Numbered from the stretch's first letter, positions 50,740 to 63,913 are shown. The stretch is DNA of 64,000 nt from Octopus bimaculoides (GCF_001194135.2 NC_068984.1:40578775-40642774); one strand, 5' to 3'. Program-made: numbers and translations. Notes: a model not told the origin generated them from the letters alone.

Positions 50740-51028
50740 TGTTTGGAACAGGCACAAAAATGTATGTACCGTCGTAGAAGTCAGCTGCCCTGATGATCAG
50801 GACTGCTCTTCGAAAGACGCTAATTACGGACAGTTGCATCGGAACCTTCTGGTTCTATACCCAGATTATAAATACACATTTATACCATTGATAATTGGTG
50901 CACTCAATTTTGTTTGCAAATGCCTAAGTGACAGTCTGAAAAGCTGGGTTTCCAGGAAAAGTAATAAACCAGCTAGCACGTTTATCATAGTAAAAATACG
51001 CAAGGTTCTTCTCAAGTTCAAACTGTGA
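50740..51028 (+). mobile_element. Restriction-like endonuclease relic of an R4/NeSL-type non-LTR element
   Basis: One frame reads VWNRHKNVCTVVEVSCPDDQDCSSKDANYGQLHRNLLVLYPDYKYTFIPLIIGAL..VKIRKVLLKFKL*, matching the RLE E...P.D....K...Y and IP..IGALG pattern. Confidence 0.72.
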
Positions 51029-51167
51029 TATTTTTATTAACATTCCAACAACGGAACATTGTATATTTTTTAGAAACCAACTCCTTCTTTACAGGAAAGT
51101 TTCCAACAATTAAAAATAAAGGAGAAAATACACACATACATACATACATACATGCACACACACACAC

Positions 51168-51215
<48 letters not shown>

Positions 51216-54200
51216 CTACGCATATACACACATATAAAAGCATATGTATGCGTACATAAATATACATGTGTGTTAGTGAGTGCGTGCGTGCGTATGCATG
51301 TATATGTATTTATGTATGTATTTATACGAAAATATAAAAAAAATATGTGTGTATTTGTGCACATATGTATTGTGAAAATGCAAGTGAGTATGTGTGTATG
51401 TGTGTGTGTGTGTGTGTATGTGTGTGTGTGTGTTCGCGCATGTGTATGCGTGCGTGTGTGTGTTTGTTTGTGTTTGTGCGTGTGTATTTCGTTTCCCGGC
51501 TGTAGACATTACAATTCACTTACGCTGTGAATACATTTGAGAAAAATATTAACATCTCACGATCATATTTCACTTCAGTAAATATCTAATCGCCTGTCAG
51601 TGAAAGAAGTCAATCATTTAATAGTAATATTGATTTCTTTCTACTAGGCACAAGTTTGTATATTTTGAAGTAAGGGGTGAGATGCGATATTTTCGAAAGG
51701 CATTTGCAATGTAAGTAAAGAAAAATAACTTTAACCAAAGATTGAAACTCCGACGTGGTCACGTCTACCCGAAAGCTTAACTTTTGCTCAACGTGGCTAT
51801 TGAAAGAGAAAATTAGTTTGTTTTTCAAAAATAAATAGAAGGAAAATAATCTTATAAAGTAAAAAGAAAAAATCATTGCTGTTACTTCTTTATTTGAAAG
51901 CCATGTTGATTATAGTTAATTAGCGTGTTTTGGTTGATAGAAAAACACGTCAGTTTGTAATTTTGAAGAAATAAACAATTGTTTTATTTTTTTGTTTTTT
52001 GTTTCATAAATGATCTGGTAAATTCTGTTTAATTCCGAACTATCTCACTGGAAACTGTCACATTTTCACTGTAAATATTACTTTAAGAATTAGGTCGGAA
52101 GCGAACAGTTGGATATTGTATACATTTAATTGGCGCCTGAGGTAAAATTCTTCACTCATATGTTTTTGTTTGCTTTCAACTCTGTGCTATAGACAAACTT
52201 TCTTTGTCTGTCAGCGATATTGGCTCGCTTCACACATGGCTGCACTAAATATTTACTTAGTGCTATGATGCTTTAAAGATGTCTGCTGCGATATTAAAAC
52301 AACAAATCTCCTGCTATAATTTATTATTCCGTCTCATTGAATTTAGGAGAAAAGATTTTTATTTTTTTTTCTTGTGGTAAATTCGCCTCCCAATCGGTTG
52401 TTTCTTGCGTTCATTTATGGTAGACGAACAATTTACAAAATTTCGCTATCTCGGTAAGAAAAAGTTGTTTGAATCGAGATAAGGTGTTGAAATCTGGAAT
52501 GAACGATCAAAAGTTCAGTTGAATAAACTCTAAGTGAGGCTAGATATAGGCTGTTGCTGTTGTCAGCTGGAACACTGAAAACTTAACGATTACTTCATTA
52601 GTTTGTAGTACTAAATATAAGTTATAATCTTGTGGTTATTAAAGTCCCCGGTTCCCAGTATTGAAGTTTAGACGCTGATGCCTATTTTTAACCAACTCTT
52701 TCATCGAAATTTCGGAGAAGACTGTGTCTCAAAATGCAATCTTCGTTGTTGTTACTGTTGTTTAACTTCTGCTTGAGCAAGTATATGACGAGATGCATTC
52801 CAGCAGCAACCAACCATTTTGTTTTGTTTTGTTTTAGGACGTAAGAATAATTTGTTTTGAGTTAGAATATGATCTATAGGCGAAATATATAGTTGGTTTA
52901 ATCAGTTCAGTGACTAGCTTGTTCTTGTTTATCGACTCAATTGAATGGAAGACAAAGCCGGCTCTCGGAGGCGTTAGCCCAGATCAAAGACATTCGAAAT
53001 AAAATTCGGCTTCTACTGTAAACAAAAATGTCATGGCTGATCTATCACCAGGTACTGAGGATGTCATCTACTGACAAAAGTGAGGTGGTGCAGCTGTCGT
53101 TTCTGTAATAGGATTTTCTATAGTTCATCCATTTATCCGAGGGATTTGCGGCACAGTATTTGGAAAACTGCCAAAATATGAAAGTGATATTTTATCAAAC
53201 TGCCGCCATTTCAACATTATTCTGCAATTGGTAAACATGGACACTTAATCGTCTATATCTCAAATAGTTAGAATGTGTCCATCAAAATAAGTTCCATGCC
53301 ATCTTGTGGAAGGACTGCATGACCAAGAATGCTGTCTCAGAAAAAAACCCAACAGTCAAAGCATAGACTTAGCCTTTTGAAACACCGGCTACGATGGTTA
53401 AGATATATGGTTAGAATAAGACCAGAAAAATTTTCTAACCAAACTATCTTTAATGAATTAACCACCTGTGAAAAACCACAAAATAGAGCTGAAAAACATT
53501 AACCTTCAAAATAGTTGGAACTAAGACAAAAACTTTGGATACTGAATCGATCCATCTAATGTGACATCGGGTCAAAAGAAAAAAAGGATGAAAAACGTAA
53601 GGACCACAAATTGTAGCATCACGATTATATCTGCCGTCATCTTTTCTTTCCTTATCATCTTTGTCCTTTGCGTGAGGATTATTTTTCGAAGTTATCGACG
53701 CCATTAACATGGAGAGAACTGAACTTCTCGGACACGAAGAGCGGCGACTACGACAGCAATAAATAATCTTGCAGACAATTCATAGTCGTAGTCGATGTTT
53801 CACCAAGTAAAGCAAATACATGCAAGGTAAGCATATTTTCATCAAACAAAAGAAAAAGAAAGAAAATGAGGAAATGAGAACTATCAAGAGCATTTTGCAG
53901 TTTAGCACATACATTTGGAAATAATATGGACATTTCTGTGGTTAGAATCACTGGTAGGAGAGATTCTTTCAGCGTTGGGGTATGGGTGGGGGTGAACAGC
54001 ACTCACAAGCACAAAAACGAAAATATTCTGTATTCTGGGAAGTTAACATTCGAACTTTTGATATGAAACATTTGGTAGAAGGAAAAACTGCATGGTTGTA
54101 CTAACTATCGAAAATAAATGCAATTTTGTCCGAAGTAGTCACACAAACTGGTGAAAGAAGGATAGTAATCTAATTGCATATAAAAAAAAGTGACTAAATC

Positions 54201-54299
54201 TTTCATTGTATCCTCCAAATAGAGATAGATTAGCTAATGTGTAAACTAGTTTCACGTAGATCGGGTAAGGACCAACATAAGGAATTATGTACATCATTT

Positions 54300-54830
54300 T
54301 AAAAACTGAAGACGAAATAAGGAGACAAGCTGAGTTAGAGAGCCATACAACTTCCTATAGGCTTATACGACCATATATGGAAAGAAAAATATGAGAGTCG
54401 CTGTGGGAGGCATCAAAGTCAACGCTGGCCATGGGTTTGTGATAACTTCCATGATACAATAAAGGCGGCGTAGGGTCTCTATAGATATAGAAGTCCGTTT
54501 GAACCCTCGTAAACATTAAAACTAATCCAGTGCTATGCACTCTGACAGATCCAGAAGAGAATAATAGAGATAACAACAGCAATAGTAAGCCGTAGAAACT
54601 TCTGTATCTAGTAGTAGCTTCGGGGAACATCAGAAGACATTGCGTCTTCTTTAGCTTAAAGAGATGATAAAGAACTCGAGGAATCCCTACTCGTCCAAAA
54701 GCAGCGGTACCACCCCATCATCTTGCGAATATAAAAAGGAGCAAGGGTGGCTGATAGATAAAGACCGCAGGAAAGACTGGAAGATGTTAAATTGTTCCGT
54801 TCTCTCGCACATCAACACAAAAAAGAGCTC
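54300..54830 (+). mobile_element. Possible highly decayed RTE LINE 3' region
   Basis: Fragments CTLTD (WTLT), KLLY..GEHQKT (RKLL.ISY.EHKTN) and RPQERLEDVK (RPR.RW.D.IK). Confidence 0.33.
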
Positions 54831-56607
54831 ATCTCCAAGTGAAGGTAAGTAAAAATTATGAGGAGAAGCTCGCCCCATTCACGTTGTATTAAAGTCTGCA
54901 GTTCGCAAGACAAAGAACTTCAGGTAAACAGAAAGCGTCTACAAGGCCATTTCGGAACAATATATAGGGTCCGATATGCTTTGATAAAAATCGACGAACA
55001 ATGTTAAAGAATTTTACGTAAACTATTACCGGGACGTAAGCATTTTCCTAGTTCTGACCCCCCAAAATTGCTTAAGGAAACTTCTGATACAAGCAATTAC
55101 CTGAACTACAAGTCTAGGAAAGAGATGACAGAGTGAAACGATCAAAAAAGTCGGAAGCCTTGATTTGACCCATGTGGAATTTTCTCACCTGTATATGGGC
55201 GGGTTGCCCCATTTTCATTAAATTGTATTCATTCATTCTTTTTTTAAAAATTATATTTGCGTTTGACGTATTCAATCATTATGTGTAACTATTCTATGTA
55301 TTTTAAAATTTGGTAACAAGCCTTACTATATTTGTAAAATTTGTAAAACATATCCACTTGCGTTCCTTTTATGACACGTTGTTTTATGACTGAAATATGT
55401 TATGTGTTACTTTATCGAAATATAGCCATATCATATGCAAGGAAGAGTTAAGTATAATAAAGTAAAACAGCATTGAAATAAAAGAAACATTTAATCGATC
55501 AGAATACATATTGGTTTTTAACTTCATCTTCTTTCACAGAACACATTGCCATCTTCTGATATAAATTCGTGAAGTAGTTAAGGAATATAAAAAAGACAGT
55601 AAGAAAATATTCATACAACTATTTTTCTGGAATGATTGAATGGAGGAAACTGAAGTAGACAGAGCGTGTGCAATTGTCTAGGTCACTTGTGTTTTCAGTG
55701 AGATCTCGAGGTAAAAACAATGATAGGCAGATAGATCATTTAAAAGATGTAGCTTATTACAACATTGGAGAAAAATATGAATCACTATTCTTTGTCTGTT
55801 TTCTCTCTCTCTCACTCCCTCTATTTGATCCTCTCTGTATAATGACACATGCATATACACCTGCACACAGATACATTTATGCTAATATGACAACAATAAT
55901 ATTTGTCTCTTTGTCTCTCAATATATATGAATGTATGTAAACAGATAAACACATAAAATTTCGCAACACGATCATTAAAAACATTTAGGTAAATTATGAA
56001 ACCAACGTTTTTAACATCAAAAAAATTCTTGTTTTCAATTATTGTATCGTAAGTTAGCTAAATATCTTTAAAGATTCCGTCGAGAAATCTGTTTGTGTAC
56101 ACACACATATGAAGACAGCTCGTAGTCAAATAATTCTGTTTTCATATTCGTATATACGTACTTGTGTGTACGTGTATGCGAATGCCATTATACATTCAGA
56201 AAAAGAGAGAGTGAGGGAGAGAGAGATATACAAAGAGAGAGTGAGGGAGAGAGAGATATACAAAGAGAGAGAAAGAGATTGAGATACAAAGAGAGAGAAA
56301 GAAGCGGACAGAATAACGATTCATATTTTTATTCCAATGTATGTAATGATAGTGTTGAGAAATGTATGTGTGTGTCTATGTACATACATTCATATTTGCA
56401 TACATACAGAGGAGTAAGAGAGTGAGAGGGTTTTTTTAAAATCAAACCGGAAGTTATGTTACAGACGGACGGATTTCAATAATATCATAGTAATGATTTG
56501 TCCGTGTTCCAGAACATTTTTGTAGTACTTTAGAGTTTCGTTGACTCTGCACTGAATCATGATAAACAAATAAACTCATTTTTATGAAAGTTCCAGCAGA
56601 TTCATTT

Positions 56608-56788
56608 GATAAAATGCTTAGAGGTAATTCTTTCGGCTCTTTCCGTTCTGAGTTCAGACTCTACATTGGTCAACTTTGCCTTTTATCCTTTTGAGGTCAA
56701 TAAAAATAAGTACCAGTTGAGTACAGCGTTGATGTAATCCACTATCCACCTTTCATAAAATTTCTGGCTTTCTGCCAAAATTTGAAAC
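56608..56788 (+). mobile_element. SINE family D
   Basis: AAAATGCTTAG..TTCTGAGTTCAG..TTTGCCTTTTATCC..AGTACCAGTTGAG. Confidence 0.85.
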
Positions 56789-56789
56789 T

Positions 56790-57225
56790 GCGTGGTAAGA
56801 AGTTTACTCCCTAGGCACAAAATTCCGAGTTCCTTCCCATTGCATGGCACTTTGGACAAGTGTCTTCATCTTTAACATCGGAATGGCCAAAACCTTTGAG
56901 TGGAGTTGGTAGACGGAAACTGAAAGACACCCATCATGATAAACATGTTCGTGTGCGTGCGCGTGTGTGTGTGTGCGTGTGTGCATGCTTGCGTATGTGA
57001 GTGTATGTATGTGTGTCTTTGTGTTTCTCCTGCAGCACCACTTGACAACCGGTGTTGATTTGTTTACGTCCCCGTAACATAATGGTTCGGCAGAAGAGAT
57101 CGATGGAATAAGCACCGGGCTTTATAAATAAGTTTGGGATTGATTTGCCCTACTAAACTCTTGAAGGCGGTGCCACAGCATGGCCGCAGTCTAATGATTG
57201 AAACAAGCAAAACATAAAAGATAAA
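56790..57225 (+). mobile_element. SINE family C, full length (older), directly after the D copy
   Basis: Head, core, internal (TG)n and GGCGGTGCCACAGCATGGCCGCAGTC tail. Confidence 0.88.
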
Positions 57226-57331
57226 ATACAATGGAAGGTTTTCGAGGCCTCTCTTCATGGCGGCGATGTTATTGCTCTTACTATGCTTTATAACAACAAT
57301 TCAAAACAATACGAGTTTCGTGGTAAGAATA

Positions 57332-57452
57332 TAAGCGTGGCTGTGTGGTAAGAAGTTTGTTTCTCAACCGCATGGTTCTGGATTGAGTACCACTACGTGG
57401 TACCTTGGGCAAGTACGTTCCATTATAGCCTCGAGTCGACCAAAGCCTTGTG
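57332..57452 (+). mobile_element. SINE family C, 5' fragment
   Basis: AAGCGTGGCTGTGTGGTAAGAAG..CCTTGGGCAAGT..CGACCAAAGCCTTGTGA. Confidence 0.85.
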
Positions 57453-57989
57453 AAAGATGTTTGTTATCAAAGTTTCTCTTCCACGTTAACTTATTCTTAG
57501 ATGTATTCGTTATATGAGGTTTTAGTATTTCATGGTTCCCCTATCACTTAATAAACTATCGCAATTACTATTGTGATATAAAATGAAAGGCAATCCAATA
57601 TACCTTTGGCTTGGTATAAAACCCGTAAATTACAGGCATTTTAAATAGAAATTGCCTGGTCTAACACCTTTCTCGGAGGCATGAGTAACATAAATGAAGC
57701 GACATCTTCTGTTAGTAGTACCAGAAAATTTCCAATTCTATTATGGTGCTCGATAATTTAAAATACATAGAAAAAAGGAAGGAAATAGATACATGTTTTC
57801 TAAGTCAGAATAATTTTTAACATCAAAATTATACTTAACAGTCTGTAATGTCAAGGGAGAGTCATTATGGCAATATTATTAACACGCACACTGGTTCAAT
57901 TCTACTCCTTTATTATTATTATTCAATTGGTTAAATATCCAAACAATCGATGAGTTAGTAGGATATTTAACAAATTAACTAATGATAAT

Positions 57990-58201
57990 CTTTTCTACTC
58001 TAGACACAAGGCCCGAAATTTTGGGGGAGAGAGGAGTCAATTAGATCGACCCAGTACGCAACTGGTACTTAATTTATCGACTCCGAAAGGATGAAAGGCA
58101 AAGTCGACCTCGGCGGAATTTGAACTCAGAACGTAAAGACGGACGAAATACCGCTAAGTATTTCGCCCGGCGTGCTAACATTTCTGCCAGCTCGCCGCCT
58201 T
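57990..58201 (-). mobile_element. SINE family D, young full-length copy with ~18-bp TSD
   Basis: Flanks AAATTAACTAATGATAAT (57972-57989) and AAATTAACTAATAATAAT (58202-58219) differ by one base. Confidence 0.93.
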
Positions 58202-58292
58202 AAATTAACTAATAATAATGGAACGGAATTGAACCAGTACGAATATTAAAAATATTGATATAATGACTTTCCCAAGATACAACNNNNNNNNN

Positions 58293-58458
58293 NCTGTGTG
58301 GTAAGTAGCTTGTTTACCAACCACATGATTCCGGGTTCAGTACCACTGCGTGGCATTTTGGGCAAGTGTCTTCTACTATAGTCTCGAGCCGACCAAAGCC
58401 TTATGAGTGGATTTGGTAGACGGAAGCTGAAAGAAGACCATCGTATATATGTATATGC

Positions 58459-58496
<38 letters not shown>

Positions 58497-58716
58497 TTGT
58501 GTGTCTGTGTTTGTCCCCCAACATCGCTTGTCAACCGATGCTGGTGTGTTTACGTCCCCGTAACTTAGCGGTTCGGCAAAAGAGACTGATAGAATAAGTA
58601 CTTGGCTTACAAAGAATAAGTCCTGGCGTCGATTTGCCCGACTAAAGGCGGTGCTCCAGCAATGCCGCAGTCAAATGACTGAAACAAGTAAAAGAGTAAA
58701 AGAAAAAGAGTAAAGT
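58293..58716 (+). mobile_element. SINE family C, near full length
   Basis: Matches 17478-17887 and 35608-35890. Confidence 0.93.
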
Positions 58717-59656
58717 ATGCAAAAAACAAAGTATACTTAACATTGTTTAACAGTATTTAACCTATNNNNNNNNNNNNNNNNNNNNNNNNNNNNNNNNNNN
58801 NNNNNNNNNNNNNNNNNNNNNNNNNNNNNNNNNNNNNNNNNNNNNNNNNNNNNNNNNNNNNNNNNNNNNNNNNNNNNNNNNNNNNNNNNNNNNNNNNNNN
58901 NNNNNNNNNNNNNNNNNNNNNNNNNNNNNNNNNNNNNNNNNNNNNNNNNNNNNNNNNNNNNNNNNNNNNNNNNNNNNNNNNNNNNNNNNNNNNNNNNNNN
59001 NNNNNNNNNNNNNNNNNNNNNNNNNNNNNNNNNNNNNNNNNNNNNNNNNNNNNNNNNNNNNNNNNNNNNNNNNNNNNNNNNNNNNNNNNNNNNNNNNNNN
59101 NNNNNNNNNNNNNNNNNNNNNNNNNNNNNNNNNNNNNNNNNNNNNNNNNNNNNNNNNNNNNNNNNNNNNNNNNNNNNNNNNNNNNNNNNNNNNNNNNNNN
59201 NNNNNNNNNNNNNNNNNNNNNNNNNNNNNNNNNNNNNNNNNNNNNNNNNNNNNNNNNNNNNNNNNNNNNNNNNNNNNNNNNNNNNNNNNNNNNNNNNNNN
59301 NNNNNNNNNNNNNNNNNNNNNNNNNNNNNNNNNNNNNNNNNNNNNNNNNNNNNNNNNNNNNNNNNNNNNNNNNNNNNNNNNNNNNNNNNNNNNNNNNNNN
59401 NNNNNNNNNNNNNNNNNNNNNNNNNNNNNNNNNNNNNNNNNNNNNNNNNNNNNNNNNNNNNNNNNNNNNNNNNNNNNNNNNNNNNNNNNNNNNNNNNNNN
59501 NNNNNNNNNNNNNNNNNNNNNNNNNNNNNNNNNNNNNNNNNNNNNNNNNNNNNNNNNNNNNNNNNNNNNNNNNNNNNNNNNNNNNNNNNNNNNNNNNNNN
59601 NNNNNNNNNNNNNNNNNNNNNNNNNNNNNNNNNNNNNNNNNNNNNNNNNNNNNNNN

Positions 59657-59693
<37 letters not shown>

Positions 59694-60099
59694 ACATATA
59701 TACATGTATGTATGTATGTATGTATGTATGTATGTATGTATGTATGTATGTATGTATGCGTTTGTTGTTGCAGACGACCGCGTATTAAGGATTATTTCGA
59801 CAAAAGCTTCACGGGACATCGCTAACAATCAATAAAACGGAAATAAATCAAAATATATAGCGCGACAAACATCTATATAACAACAACACACGTTCACACA
59901 CAACAAACACGCATATAGATATAAATATAAATATCAACAAAAATACTATCGTTATCAACATCAGAAACACTATCAATAGCAGTAGTAACAACAACAACAA
60001 AGATAAAAACAACAGCAATAATAATTATGATAATGATGATGATGACGACGACGACGACGGCGACGATGTTGATGATAAATAATAAAAAAAATAATATTG

Positions 60100-60188
60100 A
60101 TGATTGTTTCGAATTTTGGCGCAGGGCTAGCAGCTTTTGAGGAAAGGTGGGAGTCGATTACATCGACCTCAGTACTTGACTGGTACTT
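60100..60188 (-). mobile_element. SINE family D, 3' fragment
   Basis: TTTCGAATTTTGGC..GAGTCGATTACATCGACC..ACTGGTACTT. Confidence 0.75.
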
Positions 60189-60383
60189 TAACCCTTTAAA
60201 GTCGGGTGTGACTTATTGACACAACATGCTTTCTTCTGCAGAGGACGGGTGTGGCTTAATGACACACTGCCAATTGATTGTCATCTTGTATTTTTTACGG
60301 TTTTTTATTTGGGGGCGGCCCGAACGAAAAGACTTGCTATTTATACCCGGCCTTAAAGGATTAGGCAATAATGATGATGATGG

Positions 60384-60432
<49 letters not shown>

Positions 60433-60494
60433 GGTGGTGGCGGTGTTGTTGATGGTGATGATTTGAAGAGGCGATTAAAGACGCTGGTCACTGA

Positions 60495-60625
60495 AGAATG
60501 GTGAGTTATTACGTCTGTCGTTGGAATCTTGGTTACTATTAGTAACAAGTTACAAACTGGATTGAAAAAGATAGGGGTAATTACGGTAGATAGAGCATCG
60601 GCAGAAAACAGTGACACTTTAAACT
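60495..60625 (+). mobile_element. R4/Dong-like RLE C-terminal fragment after (GAT/GGT)n
   Basis: VITSVVGILVTISNKLQTGLKKIGV is similar to V.PVVVGALGTI.K.L...L.KIG. Confidence 0.5.
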
Positions 60626-60714
60626 GTACGAATTCTCCGCTGAATCCTCGAAATCTAAAAATGAAGAATGTTACCTTAGTCCACTTTGTTGTTGACTTGA
60701 CAGAATTAGGAAAA

Positions 60715-61000
60715 CACCTAATTTATCCTCTTACAAGAAAACATCAAAATAACTACCCACCGCTATTTCAACACGGTACTATTAAGAACTAACTTTAACG
60801 AGTATATAAGAAACATCTCTACTGAAATAACAAGACCAGAAAGAGAAAGATATAATGGTTCAACCTGCCATATAGCATGACTGTAAATCTCTACATAGCT
60901 AGAACTTTCCTCTTGTAAAATCAACTGGAGCTATCTGAATACCATCTTCATTTAGATTTCGCAAAGTAGATACCAAAACATATCACCAGCCAATCTCTAA
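60715..61000 (+). mobile_element. Penelope-like thumb/linker relic
   Basis: KTRKRKI*WFNLPYSMTV..IARTFL matches the PLE motif RKRKIIWFNPPYS..V.TNI...FL. Confidence 0.7.
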
Positions 61001-61184
61001 TCACCCAGGCCCGTCTCAAAAGCCAACCTCCAATTACTGATCCACTCAAAATCTGGGAAAGTATCTACGGCTTAATGTCTGATTGAAAATTCAATAGGTG
61101 GCGTTAAGGGACGTAACTGAATACTGAAAAGCCTTGTATTTAGCGCTGTCCTAAATCTGTCACGTTTCTGTTATCCATTTAATA

Positions 61185-61345
61185 ATTTAGATATCAGGTA
61201 CAAGGTCACAAATATATGGGTAGGGGTAGGTCGATTAAATAAATCTTAGTACTTGCCTGGTACTTCTTCGACCCTAGAAGAATAGATAGTAAAGTAAGCT
61301 TCTGCAGGATTTGAACTCAGAGGGTAAAAAAGACGCTGCTCTGCT
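61185..61345 (-). mobile_element. SINE family D (diverged)
   Basis: GGTACAAGGTC..GTCGATT..TGGTACTT..GATTTGAACTCAGA. Confidence 0.7.
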
Positions 61346-63039
61346 AATTTTACCAACCACCATCATGATAATTACAATTGAGTCCCAGTGTGGATCAATA
61401 GGTCTTTCAAAAATAACAGTTAAATCCTAGTTTGAAGGACACTGTGGTTGGTATTATAAGTATATTATGTTTGAAACGAAGACAGACTGTTCACATTTGG
61501 TGCAGGCTTCATCAGAGCACTTAAGAACAAATATATTAACTTTGATACAATAATAGCTTCTAACACAAGTACAGATATTTTCTAAGAAGTGTATCGTCGA
61601 TTATATTTACCTTAGTTATTGATTTATAGTTTAGTTTACTGACACTGGGGAGAGGCAAAGTTAACCTTCGTGGGATTTGAGCGCAAAATAGAAAGGGCAG
61701 TGACTAAATATCGCAAAGTATTTTCATCTGCTCTCTGACAATATTTCTAGTCCGCTTATTCTAAATATTACTCACGATAAGTTTTGCGCATGCGTAAGCG
61801 GGCGCATATGTAGTTTGTGCGTGTGCGTATGCATGTGTGTGTTGAATTTGTTGTAATTTCTGTTGTTGTTTAGACCATGTTAGCCGCGACTGAACAGACC
61901 TATCATCAAAGATGTTACCGTTTCTCATCCAACGTATACTCCTTCTTTTCAAGACGGCTGATATAATTTGAGGGAGATTCAACTGCTGTTTGTTTTTTGT
62001 TTTTTGTTTTTTTGCTGGTCAAGCGACCACGTAGAGGCCATGTATTGACTTGAGTGGCTTGTATAGTCAAATTATGTAATGTTTATATAAAATTCTTCTA
62101 AAAGCTCGTTGAGAGAATATCAAGAATATCAAGCAAATAACACTGCTCACGCACGTGTGCACAGTATGGCATACATCGCATATGTATGTGAGCGTGTGCA
62201 CATGTGCGTGTGAGTGCATGTGTATGTTTTTATGAATGTGTATGTATATGCGTTGGCGCGCAACATATAGATAGACAGACAGACAGAAAGATAGTTACAC
62301 AGATAGCTAGTCAGACAGACAGAGAAAGAGTGAGAGAGTGCATATATACTTTACTATTCTTCGTTTGTTTATTTGTCGGTGTTCTTGATTTTTCTTTTAC
62401 GCCTCAGGTTTTAAGAATTAATGAAAATTATGTAAAATACTTCATCTTGCAGGTGCATTTAAGATGACAATCTACAACCTTTATGCAATGTAAGACGCAT
62501 CAATCATATAGCAAAGAAAAGAAAAACTTGTATATTATATTCGATCCTTTTGGCAGTGTATCGCTGTCAACACAGCAGCCATTGTATCTAAGATTAATTT
62601 TCGAAAGCAGAGTATATAATTAATTTCAAGTCATAATTCATGTTCTCGTTTTGAATGATGGGTGTTTAAGAAAAATAATCTATTTAATCCATTACAGTGG
62701 AATTAAAAAAATTTAGTCTACATAAGCAAGTAGGATCATATNNNNNNNNNNNNNNNNNNNNNNNNNNNNNNNNNNNNNNNNNNNNNNNNNNNNNNNNNNN
62801 NNNNNNNNNNNNNNNNNNNNNNNNNNNNNNNNNNNNNNNNNNNNNNNNNNNNNNNNNNNNNNNNNNNNNNNNNNNNNNNNNNNNNNNNNNNNNNNNNNNN
62901 NNNNNNNNNNNNNNNNNNNNNNNNNNNNNNNNNNNNNNNNNNNNNNNNNNNNNNNNNNNNNNNNNNNNNNNNNNNNNNNNNNNNNNNNNNNNNNNNNNNN
63001 NNNNNNNNNNNNNNNNNNNNNNNNNNNNNNNNNNNNNNN

Positions 63040-63142
<103 letters not shown>

Positions 63143-63565
63143 ATGCCTTGTTATAATACATTTTGTGTTCTTTGAGGTTGTTTTCCGTAATATGTTTGTC
63201 TGTTACATAGTTTAATATATTTGTTATGGTTTATTTGTATTTATATTGTTCTTAGACTCGCCTACGTTAGTTTGTTAGAAGAATCCCCGGTGTTCAATAG
63301 CGTTTGATTTATTACGCAGCATATACTTTTATGGACACCTGAGTGTACGTGTTTTGGTAGGTACATATTGTAAAGATACATCTATATGAGTGTTTGCATG
63401 TTTGTATGTGTGGGAGGGATTCGTGAGTACGGGCTTGAATAAGAGTGAAAAGGTGGCCCTTGAAGTTACAAAAAATTATTCAGATTTTGATCATTTTTTT
63501 CATAGGAAAAGAATCATATATTGATGTATGAACACCTAATAAAATAACCAGTCATTCGTTACGTT

Positions 63566-63730
63566 TTAACCCTTTAACATTTAAACCGGCCATATATGCC
63601 CCAAATATTCTACTTGTTTTATATTCAAACTGGCCAGAGCTGGCCTCTCCCACCTATCCTACAACGTCATTTCAAAAATAGCAATCACATCATCAAAATG
63701 TCAAAACTATGAGCTAATGCATTGAATTAC
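63566..63730 (+). mobile_element. Possible piggyBac-type non-autonomous element end
   Basis: Begins TTAA-CCCTTTAACATTTAAACCGGCC; TTAA followed by CCC is the piggyBac terminal signature. No matching other end was found. Confidence 0.4.
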
Positions 63731-63823
63731 ATATGTGTTTACTTGTTTACTTATTATATTCCCTGATTTGTTAATTTGCCGTATTCAGTCCATTCTTCAG
63801 TAAATGCTTGTCACTTAACAATC

Positions 63824-63824
<1 letters not shown>

Positions 63825-63913
<89 letters not shown>

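Noticed and set aside
50782-50836. CTGATGA...GAAA hammerhead-like motif with apparent stem I
   Set aside because: It lies in-frame inside the RLE coding relic (VEVSCPDDQDCSSKDANYG) and stems II and III do not pair, so it is best explained as coincidence.
63145-63470. Possible Penelope RT N-terminal relic on the minus strand
   Set aside because: Only faint similarity (KPVL, DVSL) in different frames; insufficient by eye.
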